From Takakia lepidozioides (lineage: Eukaryota > Plantae > Bryophyta): a stretch of 64,000 bases of DNA. Below are positions 23,876-35,271 of this stretch, in pieces. Numbering within the stretch: the stretch's first letter is position 1; the number at the start of each line of letters is the position of its first letter. The position numbers and the translations under genes were made by a program. The stretch is taken from the NCBI GenBank assembly GCA_030704615.1, contig CM060734.1, positions 50,158,001 through 50,222,000 on the forward strand, given 5' to 3'. The notes beneath the pieces were generated by a model. That model ran no database searches, was not told where the DNA came from, and worked only from the letters and a program-made list of their open reading frames with translations.

Positions 23876-25956
23876 ACATGCGTAATGATCCGTCATTTTT
23901 TTTCACAAACAAGATAGACGCTCCCGCAGGTGATTTTGAATATCCGATGAAGTGTTTCGACAAATTTTCATCAATGTATTCACGTAATGCAGTCAACTCC
24001 GTCTGAGATAAGTTATAGATTGGGTCGAATGGTGGTTGGGCTATTTCTTGTAACTCAATTGCACAGTCATAAAGTCGATGTTTTGGCAATATGTTTGCAT
24101 TTTTCTTCTCAAAGACATCCTCGAATTTTGATATTGAGTGGGTAATGTTGAAGTACTTTTGTTTGATGTGGTCTTGATTGGACTTACATAAAGTGCAAAT
24201 GCCGCATCCTTTTTTGGTAGCTCTCATGAAAGCTCTAGCTCCAAGAAACAGGGGTTGAATACCTTTGATATTTTTTTGTTTTGTAGAATTTTTTACGATC
24301 GTCAATCGATGTCAGGATTATGAAGTACAAACCAGGGAAGTCCAAAGATCATAGGATTCGTTGAAGACTGGATGACGTTGAAAACAATATGTGATGTTTG
24401 ATCTTTAAATTTCACTTCAAGTGATCGAGTTTCATGGTCCACATTTCCTGTTGTTAACAATCGTCCATCAATGACTTCAACGGGGGCCAATAGTTTCTTC
24501 TTTACCTGCGTTAAATTGTGTTGCTTCGCATACTTTTTGTCCATACAACAAGCTGAAGCCCCTAAGTCCAAAAGTGCTTCTACAGAGATATCTCGATTTT
24601 GCACTCTGATTTTTACCGAAACTGTGAAGCAAGGTGTTGGATCTGGAGGTAGAAAGAGACCTATTTTCGGTGAGGAATTTATGGTGTCCAGCCACCTAGT
24701 CTCTACTGTGACTGGACATCTTCGTTTTCCGACCTCCTCGTGTCGAACACTTGAGTTGCGCCTCGAGCTTTGAATCTTCTTTTGTTGGGGCAGTTTAATG
24801 TTATGTAATTGTCTTCTCCGCAATAGAAGCATAATCCATTTGAGCGTCGTCTTTGTTTTTCTTGTAGCGTCAATGGCTTGAATCGGACAACATCAATCTG
24901 TATAGGATCACTACCAGATGTCTGATGGATAGTTGTGTTTGTGTTGTAGTAGCAGTGGCATGATGCGTCATTGACCATCCAGATCGCTTCTTTTGACCTC
25001 TTTCGAACAATCGATTATCGCATGCAATGACTTGGGTGATGAATTCGCTCAGTGTGCTCACGTTTGGCATTGTCAGCAACGAATCTTTTACATCCTCTTT
25101 TAGCCCATATCGAAACTGGCTAATGATGATCTTCTCATTCCAGTAGAGGTTGCACGCAAGTTGTCAAAATTCGGCAGCATAAACGGAAGCGGGATGTGTT
25201 CCTTGTCGAAGATTTTGCATTTTTGTCTTTACAACTCTCTCTCTATCATTCTCTCCAAACGTTGCAGTGAACTCGGACATAAATGCTTCAAAATTATATA
25301 GTAAATACGAATTTTTTTCTAATAGCGGTGCAAACCAAGATAGGGCAGTGTCTGATAAAAGGGTGCCCACGAATCTCACTTGAATACCTTCATCGGGATA
25401 GCGTTGTGGATGTAGTCGTAGAAACAGTCGTCCTTGTTGAACAAAACCACGAAATTTGATGGGACGGCCCATCAAATTTCTCGGGCATGCTGATCTTTGG
25501 TTCTCTCGTAATCTGTTAAAGAGGAACCGTTGGAGTAGGAACTGATGCAGTATGGACTCGTATGGTTGAAGATCCATTGTTCGACTTCTTTAACTCTGAA
25601 ATTTGTTATGGCAAATTGCGGAGAGCGTTGCCAACGATCTTGAGACTGATCAGCTTGGAATTGACGGTAGAGGTACGAAGTTCTTGCATCTGGAGCTGAA
25701 GACTCTGCAATGTGGCGACCATTTCCACAAATGTGTCTTCCATCTTAACTTACTAAGGAACAAACTTTAGTCTCGCCAAACTGTCAAGGACGAGAACATG
25801 ATTGAGATATCAAACTAGAGGTACAAGACTAGACAAGAAGTCAAAGTCGGCGTGGCCGAATGCATGATGGGTAAACATGAATCAAGATGATCTTTATAAC
25901 AATGGACAAGAGTACAAGATACTGGAACTCGACTTGAATATTGGAATGCTGGAAAC

Positions 25957-28900
25957 TGCAAGAATTTCGTACATTTACCGCCCAATTCCAAGATGATCAG
26001 TCTCAAGATCGTTGGCAACGCTCTCCGCAATTTGCCACAACAAATTTCAGAGTTAAAGGAGTCGAACAATGGATCTTCAATCATACGAGTCCATATTGCA
26101 TCAGTTCCTACTCCAACGGTTCCTCTTCAACAGATTACGAGAGAACCAAAGATCAGCATGCCCGAGAAATTTGATAGGACGTCCCATCAAATTTCGCGGT
26201 TTTGTTCAACAAGTACGACTATTCTTACGACTACATCCATAACGTTACCCCGATGAAGGTATTCAAGTGGGATTCGTGGGTACCCTTTTATCAGGCACTG
26301 CCCTATCTTGGTTTGCACTGCTATTAGAAAAAAAAATCGCATTTACTATATAATTTTGAAGCATTCATGTTCGAGTTCACTGCAACGTTTGGAGAGAATG
26401 ATAGAGAGAGAGTTGCAAAGACAAAGTTGTGAAATCTTCGACAAGAAACACGTCCCGCTTCCGTTTATGCTGCCAAATTTCGACAATTTGCGTGCGACCT
26501 GGACTAGAATGAGAAGAGCCTCATTAGTCAGTTTCGATGTGGGCTAAAAGATGATATAAAATATTTGTTGCTGACAATGCCAAACGTGAGCACACTGAGC
26601 GAATTCATCACCCAAGTCATTACATGCGATAATCGTTTGTTTGAAAGACGTCAAGAGAAGCGATCTGGATGATCGACGACGCATCATATCGCTGCTACTA
26701 CGGCACCAAACACAACGATCCATCAGACATCTGGTAGTGATCTTATACAGATTGATGTTGTCCAATTCAAGCCGTTGACGCCACAAGAAAAACAAATACG
26801 ACGCTCGAATGAATTATGCTTCTATTGCGGAGAAGAAGATCACATAACATTAAACTGCCCCAACAAAAGAAGATTAAAAGCTCGGGGCGCAACTCAAGTG
26901 TTCGATACGAGGAGGTCGGAAAATGAAGATGATCAGTCACAGTAGGGACCATGTGGCTGGACACCACAAATTCTTCACCAAAAAAAAATCTTTTTCTACC
27001 TCCTGATCCAGCACATTGCTTCACAGTTCCAGTAAAAATCAGAGTGCAAAATCGAGATATCTCTGTAGAAGTACTTTTGGACTCAGGGGCTTCAACTTGT
27101 TGTATGGACAAAAAGTGTGCGAAGCAACACAATTTAACGTAGGTAAAGAAGAAACTCTTGGCAAAATCGAGATATCTCTATAGACACACTTCTGGACTCA
27201 GGGGCTTCAGCTTGTTTTATGGACAAAAACTGTGTGAAACAACACAATTTAACGCTCATAAAGAAGAAATTGTCGGCCCCCGTTGAAGTCATCGATGGAT
27301 GACCGTTAGCAACAGGAAATATAGACCATGAAACTCGACCACTTGAAATGAAGTTTAAATATCAAGCAGCACATATTGCTTTCAACATCATCCAATCTCC
27401 AACGAATCATGTGATCCTTGGACTTCTCTGGTTTGTACTTCACAATCCTGATATTGACTGGTGATCGCAAAAAAATTCTACAAGACAAAAATATAGAAAT
27501 ATCAAAGGTATTCAACCCCTATTCCTTGGAACTAGAGTTTTCATGAGAGCTACCAAAAATGATGCGGCATTTGCACTTTATGCGACTCCGATCAAGACCA
27601 CAACAGACAAAGGTACTTCAACATTACCCACTCAATATCAAGATTTCAAGGATGTCTTCGAGAAAGAAAATGCAAACATATTGCCAGAATATCGACCCTA
27701 TGACTGTGCAATTGAGTTACAAGAAGGAGCCCAACCACCATTCGGCCCAATCTATAACTTATCCCAAATGGAGTTGGCTGCATTACGTGAATACATTGAT
27801 GAAAATTTGTCGAAACACTTCATCCGACATTCAAAATCACCTGCGGGGATGCCTATCTTGTTTGTGAAAAAAAATGACAAATTTTTATGGGACGAGAAGG
27901 CTGACTAGGCATTTGAAAGGCTAAAGCAGACATTTACAATGGCCCCAATACTGGTACGTGCAGATCCATCTAAACCATTCCTCTTGAAAGCAAATGCATC
28001 GAACTTTTACACTTGGCGCTATATTCTCTCAATACGGTACGGATGGCCGACTTCACCCTGTTGGTTTTTGTTCTCGCAAATTTTCTGCTGTAGAGATCAA
28101 TTATGAAATCCATGACAAAGAACTTCTAGCGATCATCGATGTTTTTGAGGAGTGGCGTCATCTATTGGAGAAAGCTAAACATCAGGTCACTGTCTACATC
28201 GATCACAAAAATCTCGAATATTTTATGAATGCTCGTGTTTTGAATCGACGTCAAGCAAGATGGGGTATGGCACTAGCAACGTTTGATTTTGTTATTACCT
28301 ATTGCCTCGGACATCTTCAAGGGAAACCCGATGCTCTTTCTCGACGATCGTATCTTGCGTCGAAAAAAATGGATGCAGCTTTCAACCAACAGAAATCCAT
28401 CATCTTAAAACCATCAAATCTCTAATTAAATATGTTATTCATGTCCACTTACGACGATGCAAAGATCATAAAGGAGATTCAAGAAACACTGAAGAGCGAC
28501 CAATTTGCTACGACACTATGAAGTCAACTAAATCGACCTCGAGACAACCCACGTGTTACAAACGACTTCGAATTCAAAGATGACTTACTTTATTTCAAGG
28601 GACTTCTCTATGTACCTCCAGGACCTACGTAATTTCGAATTCTTCAAACATGTCATGATCTTCCGGCTGTAATACATTTCGGCTTCTACAAAACAATGGA
28701 ATTGATATCCAGGGACTATTAGTGGCCGTAGATGTGAAAACTCGTGAAAGAATTTATAAAATCTTGCGACACGTGTGCTAGAGTGAAAGGACCATGACAT
28801 CGACCTTACGGCCTTCTTCAACCATTACCCATTTCAAATGATCAATGGTCGTCCTTGTCTATGGACTTTATTAAGGACCTTCCAATTTCCAAGACCGCCG

Positions 28901-29080
28901 ATTCGATCCTTGTTATTGTGGATCGTTTTACAAAGATAACACATTTCATTCTCTGTAATAAAATGGTTACCGGCAAGGAGACTACAAGTCTCTTCGTCAA
29001 TAATATCTACCGTATTCATGGACTCCCAAATGACATTGTATCAAATCAAGGACCACAATTCATATCAAATTTCTGGAGGA
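25957..29080 (+). mobile_element. Chromovirus copy 2 (gag to mid-integrase), RT core deleted
   Basis: Near reverse complement of 25690-22060. Junction LFVKKND|KFLWDEKAD at ~27877 skips the RT. Copy ends at integrase FISNFWR. Protease segment duplicated at ~27047-27275. Confidence 0.93.
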
Positions 29081-29329
29081 ATACTATTTTAACTAATTCT
29101 GGACTTTTGTTTGGTCCGGAAGTAACAGGGATGCCTCAGCGTGACCCTGGTCGCGTCAGCGCAACTGCGCTCACACCACGTCACATTGCGCCAACGCCAC
29201 ATCACGAGGCTCACTCCACGTCATCGCGCTTGAAGGCCACGTCACCACGCGCCAAGGAAGAAGTGGAGTGTATTCCCGCGGAAGAGCACCCTTTACCACG
29301 GAAACAAGCTGGACGACATAATAAAAGGA

Positions 29330-31107
29330 CGTGGTCATTCCCACCTGAAAGCAGCAGATGAATTAAGGATGGATGAATGTAGAGTGGATGATAAACAGAT
29401 GGATGAGTGCAAAAAATGAAAGTAGATGGATGAATGTGGGATGGGTAAGAATAAAATGGATGAATGTATAATGGATGTTGAATAATGGAAAACATTCATG
29501 ACTGGAGGATGCATGAATACACTGTAGATGAATGCACAATGTATATGACATGAGTGTGGTGGGTTTGTCGGGTGGATTACAGATTACAGTGGATGAATAT
29601 ACAATGGATGTTGAATAAATAAAAACATTCATGAATGGAACACGCATGAATACACAGTATATGAATGCACAATGGATATGAGAAGAGTGAGTGGGGTTTA
29701 TGGGATGGATTCATACATATTGTCATTTTAATGAAAGTGGATTCTTTGATTCTTTTTTCTTTTTTTTTCTTTTTCTGCCGGAACAACTACAGTGGAGTAA
29801 GGGGATTCAATATTTTCCGAAGAGGATGAAACAGAACATTAAAAGAACAAAGTTCAGTCTGACTCAGAGTCAATACAATGTATCCTCGCGTCCTCTGCAT
29901 CTAAGTCTAAGTATTTAAGAACTCCGGATCTACGCTGGCTACACCTACGGCTGGTCAATAAAAGTCAGGGGATAGAGACTCGGCCGCATGAAGTGCCATT
30001 GCTTCGGCATACACAGGAAGCAGAAAATTGGAAAGGGAGCTGTCGGATCCATCGCTGCCTTTCCTGCAAGTCATAGCTCGAAAAAAATTATTACTGTAAA
30101 TTTGATGTCCGAGAAATGGAGTATGGCTCCCAAAGTGGGTTTAGGACTTACTCATATGAAAAGTCGTTGTCGACCTGCTTATCCTCGGGATCGTCATCAT
30201 TTCGGATTTGAATCATCTTAGTCTGTGTGCCTGAAGTGGAGCCAAACAAAAAGGGGATGAGCACTGTCTTGTAAAGGTCAGAATCACCCTCCATGCTAAA
30301 AAGGCTTCTTCCGCCTGCCTTGCATGCATGGTAAATTGCTCCTGCACCAGACAGGAGGACATGAACAGGTTGGTGGGGGGGGGGCATTTAAGAAGATGAA
30401 ACTGGTGAAAGAAAATCAATTCGGAATGGAGAGAACGAACCTGTGGACACAGAAAGATCGACCACCCGTGCAGAATGGTGGTTGCATGACTCCAGCAGTA
30501 TCTGCATGAACGCTGGGGTTTTTTCCTTTGCACCTCTCCAGGGAGTGCCATCTGGTCTCTTAAGAGTCTGACTGGACTGCATGAAGTTTAGCCCATTGAC
30601 CACATTAGGTTTCTTTGTGTTTGCAATACGCATTGCAGTGGTCATTCCCACCTGAAAGCAACAGATGAATAAAGGATGGATGAATGTACAGTTGGATGAT
30701 AAACAGATGGATGAGTGTGAAAAATGAATGTAGATAGATGAATGAGGGATGGATAAGAGTCAACTGGATGAATGTATAATGGATGTTGAGCAATGAAAAA
30801 CATTCATGACAGGAAGATGCATGACTAAAACTTTAGACGAATGCACAACGTATATGACATGAGTGTGGTAGGTTTGTGGGGTGGATTAAAGAGTACAGAG
30901 GATGAATGTACAATGGATGTTGAACAAAGGAAAACATTCATGAATGGAGCACGCATGAATACACTGTAGATGAAAGCACAATGGATATGACAAGAGTGAG
31001 GGAGGTTTGTGAGATGGATTCATACATATTGCAATTTAAATGGTAGTTGATTCTTTGATTATTTTTCTTTCCAAAGGAACAACTACGGTGGAGGAAGGGG
31101 ATTCAAC
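29330..31107. repeat. ~480-bp direct repeat (29330-29815 / 30638-31107): duplicated GGATGAATG-rich intron of the MTase gene with exon borders
   Basis: Both copies run from GTGGTCATTCCCACCTGAAAGCA to GGGGATTCAA and carry minus-strand GT...CAG|GTGGGAATGACC junctions. Confidence 0.85.
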
Positions 31108-34100
31108 GTTTTGTGCAAGCTTGGCAGCCCTAGAAAAGTCCCTTGGGATCTGATCCATGAAGAGAGAGATATCGCGATTAGAAATCCAAAGGGATTCAAT
31201 GTTTGCACCATTGTTGGATGTGAGAAGGAAAGAGGGGGAGAGGGCTCTACAATAGATGAGCGGGGTAAGGCAGATAGATTTTGGATGAGAGCCTTAATTC
31301 ATGCACCATTTGCTTAGAGGTCTTCAAGGACTCCATCCCAATGTACACATGGGCTCCATGATCATACCACATTTCGTTCAGCCATATTGTTGAACACTCC
31401 CTTTGCATCCTTGATGCACCCACATTTGGCATACATGTCTATGTAAGGGTACTATTCAAAATGACATGTGGTACAATTCCAGCTTTGACGATGTCACCAT
31501 GGACCTCTTTGCCCTCTTGGCCTCGACCCGGCCAAGCTGCACTCCTTCCCGCAACATTTGCTCATATGTCTCCAATTCATCTTTGAGCTTGGCATACATC
31601 TCCACAAGAGTATTGTTAAGAATGAAATCTGCCACAATTCCAGCTTTGACGATGCAGCCATGGATCTCTTTGCCCTTCTCCAGCAGGCTCGCACATGCAC
31701 TACAAACACAAACAAACGTAATTTGTGGTCAGACTTCACCCCCTCCCAAACCATTTGCTCATAGGTCTCCAAAACCTGCAATCCCCGCCCCTATTGTGCA
31801 TGTCCTGCGATCAGCACGTTCCACGACACCACATTTCGCTCAGCCATATTGTTGAACACTCCCTATCCAGAAGGTATTCATGTTCAGAATGACATCTACC
31901 ACAATTCCAGCTTTGACGATGCAACCATGGATCTCTTTGCCCTTCTCCAACAGCTCCCACGTGTACTACAAACACAAACAAACGTAATGTGCTCGGGCTT
32001 CACCCCCTATACCCACATCATTTGTTCATAGGACTCCAAAACCCGCAATCCCCGCCCATGTTGTGCATGTCCTGCGATCCACCACACCACATTTCGCTCA
32101 GCCATATTGTTGAACACTCCTTGTCCACAAAGGAATGCTCCCACGTTTGGCATACATGTCGACAAGGTATTGTTACATCTGGTACAGTTCCAGCTTTGAC
32201 GATGTCACGATGGACCTCTTTGCCCTTTACAAGGTCTCCAAGTCTCCAGGGCTACCAGGTTTGCACATGCATTGCAAACACAAATGAACGTGACCCGGTC
32301 AGGCTGCACCCCTTCTTGCAACATTTGCTCATATGTCTCCAATGCCCTCATCCCGCACACATGTTGGCCATATCTTGCGAGATTCAGCGTGTTCCATGAG
32401 ACAATATCTCGTTCAACCATGTTATCAAACCCTCCTTTCGCAACTTCATAGGTCTCCAAAGCCTCCATCCCACGTCCCTTCTGTGCATACCTTGCAAGCA
32501 TCGCACTCCACGACACTACATCTCGGCAAAACAGGCTGAAATAGCTCGAAGAAGAAGGTGCCCTCACCACATTGTCCTCTACCTTGTGTCATGACCCATT
32601 GCAGATTAGACTGACCATGAACCCAAGAAGACCTCTTGTGCGTGTTGCTTGTATTTGTAGTCAGGTAATGTGGGATTGGTCCATAAGAACCACCACAGTG
32701 CAGCTGAGCGGGCAGAGATTAAAATATGGGCTGCTAAGACCAAGTTGATTCCCCCAAGAACCTTGTGATCATCAGGAAGAATACCAAATCATGGTACAAA
32801 GGGGAGTCAAGAGCCCACATTTGCACATAATGCGCCCCTGACGCCATAAACGCTTGCAACAACAAGACATGGGCCTCGATTTGGTCTTCATCCTTCTCGC
32901 ATCACTTGCTCGTCTCTCTCCCAAGCCTCCATCCCTCTCCTAACACTTAGACAAATTCAGGCAAAGGGCAAAGTTACTCTTCCACCCTTAGATCATGTTA
33001 CATCCGACGATTAGAACAATCTCTACGAGCCACACAAGCCCTAAAATACATTAAAATATTCCACGTCATGAGCCATGTGGAGCACTTATAAAAATTCCAT
33101 TTTTGAATAGGGTGTGCAATGAATGCCTAGTAGTTAAGAGTCGTTCTCTAGTGCTTAAACCCACTCGTAACTGCTGTTTTTTTTTAATAAAAATTACGTA
33201 ATTGAATTAAATGGCCGCAAATATTGCGCCGACTGCGGAGTCATTGATGCAACTTCTCTCCGCCATTAGAAATGTGAATTTATCCGTTACGACTGTGCAG
33301 TAGTAACAAACATCTCAAAGTTGTTCCCTCAGTGGTTTTGGCCATGCAGTCGATTCGGAAAAAGACACGAATGCTTATAGTGAATGGACTTGAAACTCGC
33401 TGAAATAATCGCCATGGCATCCTCTCTATCCTCATAAGCTTTCTTGATGGAGGAGACGTACTTAACAAAAGCGGCCGTGAGTGCTTTTGTCTCCATGCTC
33501 ATCTTGATCATGCTTTGGATGTAATCCGTCCCCAATTTGTCTTTAATTGTTGAGAACTCTGCCTTATTGAAGTGGTACTTTTTCTTCACTTCACGCCACT
33601 CGTCTTTAGTGTACGGTTCCGTGCACTGTTTGCTCCTCCGAGGCCACCCCAACACTTCCATAACATCGTCGACAATAAACCGGCGCATTTTTATGTCGTC
33701 TATGTTCTTGTTCATGCCTTGAATTGATTTGTCTTGTCCCTTGTAATCTCGAATGGTCAATTTCAGGTCCAGGATTTTCTCCGCAACTTTTATCAGCTAC
33801 CACCTGTTCAACCCTTGCAGCTTTGCGAAAGCATATTTCGTGAGCTGTTGCTGTTCACCCTTGTACTGTATCCCAAGCGAGTCGAGTAGCTTTCCCTGCT
33901 CCCAGTTTTTTTAAACATCTTCCCAGATCTTCCAAACGTCGTCGTCGCAAAGTACCAGGACCATTGCCTCCTTAATGCTACTCATTTCAAGTATCAAATG
34001 ACAGGCAAACATGAACTCCTGCACATTCATCCACGGAAAAATTAGGTGTCACTCCGACAACAGAATTATTCTTTAGCATAAAATGAATGTGAATAATAGA

Positions 34101-35271
34101 TTTTCATTCCATAAATGCATACCTTCCATTGTTTCGTCTCGGACTTGGTGGTGTGATCATTGTATTTCTTTGGCTTCCCCTTCAGGTTGAATAACATTCA
34201 CGCATGCGCAACTTTCTCCGGCATTATTGTATCAAACTTTTGCGCCTTATTGGGATCGTTGAGGAGCTTTGACAGCTTCAAGAGCCTTTGTTCATCGGTA
34301 GACCATACAATCTTCACATGTCACTCCCGGTAGTACTCCTTTAGTTTGTTGTCAGCAAGATCCTCGAGAAGTTCCTGCTACAGTTAATGTAAAATGGGTG
34401 AGATAGTTGAAAGTGTAGGGACATATCCAATTTTGTTGTTCAACACCAACCTCCACTGCCCAGTGGAGGTATGGGTGGAAGTGAAGTCCATTACCTTTGC
34501 TGCCACGACGGTGTGTTGTCCACCAATCACGAAGAACCTGGATACGTCCAATTCCTTCCATTGCTTCGGTCGCAATGAAGCAATCTTCTCGGGATTGGAA
34601 GGGTTGATTGGCGCAAGATACACCGGATGTTTGGAGTCGAACAAATGAAGCTGGAAGAGTCGTGCTTTCACTTCGTCCTTATGCTTGATATTTAATGACT
34701 TGTAAACCATGCTCCTTGGAGCTAGTTGCATCATGGAAACCTTCACAAGGAAGGTACTCTCGAATCCGAATGGAAATACGTCATTGGATTCCTTCGTGAG
34801 CCTCTCCTCCATATTCTCGCATTTTTCCTTGTCGAAAATCTCCTCAGCTTTAGGTCTCTTATTATCTGACATGATCAATGTTGGATCCTGATCCTCCTTC
34901 TATTTCTTCTTTCGTGCGGAAGTCCCGGTCTCATTGTCGTCATTGCCGGCTGTTGACAACTTGCGTTTTCCCTTCTTCAGCTTTGATGCTTCCTGTAGTG
35001 CTCGCTTCTTGCGAATATCGTTCCCTATTGCGCGCAAAAGATCCAGAAAATACTCCAGGCCCTCGACAAACCTACATCGGTAAATACTGAGCCCTCGTCT
35101 GGAAATGTAAAATCCAGTGCAATGCATTCACTCATCAATGACTTGTTCAGACAACCCACCTCCACTTTGAAACCAAACGTCTTGGGGGTTCTCGCATCCG
35201 CATGCGGGAACAAAACCAACATCGGGTTTTTTCTCTTCAGATTCAAGCTCTACATCGAGAGCTTCTGCGTA
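30148..35271 (-). pseudogene. ParB/Srx-like domain fused to a beta-class N4-C/N6-A DNA methyltransferase; intron-containing and decayed
   Basis: Exons: ~35072-34495 (..RFFVIGGQHTVVAAK), ~34375-34123, ~34018-33195 (ends DSAVGAIFAAI*FNY), 30651-30441 (WRGAKEKTPAFMQILLESCNHHSARVVDLSVSTG) and 30341-30148 (AIYHACKAGGRSLFSMEGDSDLY). The last two match motifs X-I-II of N6_N4_Mtase. Confidence 0.7.
31330..32540 (-). pseudogene. PLS-class PPR gene fragments in an insertion interrupting the MTase gene
   Basis: RDVVSWSAMLARYAQKGRGMEALETYE; EQMLQEGVQPDRVTFICVCNACA; four GKEVH-type repeats (~31480, 31640, 31910, 32190); many frameshifts. Confidence 0.8.

Larger units (their letters stand above)
20623..25956 (-). 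mobile_element. Ty3/Gypsy chromovirus (Tcn1-like), copy 1, with internally inverted RT
   Basis: gag 25743-24703 (CFYCGEDNYITLNC knuckle), protease (LLDLGAS), RT start ([20 protein letters not shown]), RNase H (EADTSDFAL, YTDYKNL), integrase (SMDFI, HPQTDGQTER) and chromodomain (YEVDEVLDSR..YFIHWKSYG). Partial 5' LTR ends in TTGACA at 25782. Confidence 0.95.

Noticed and set aside
20623-25956. Matching LTR pair for dating chromovirus copy 1
   Set aside because: The 5' LTR remnant (25782 onward) does not visibly match 20623-21202, so pairing is unsupported.
29211-29786. His/Ile/Pro-rich ORFs
   Set aside because: These are translations of the low-complexity CATCCATT intron repeat.
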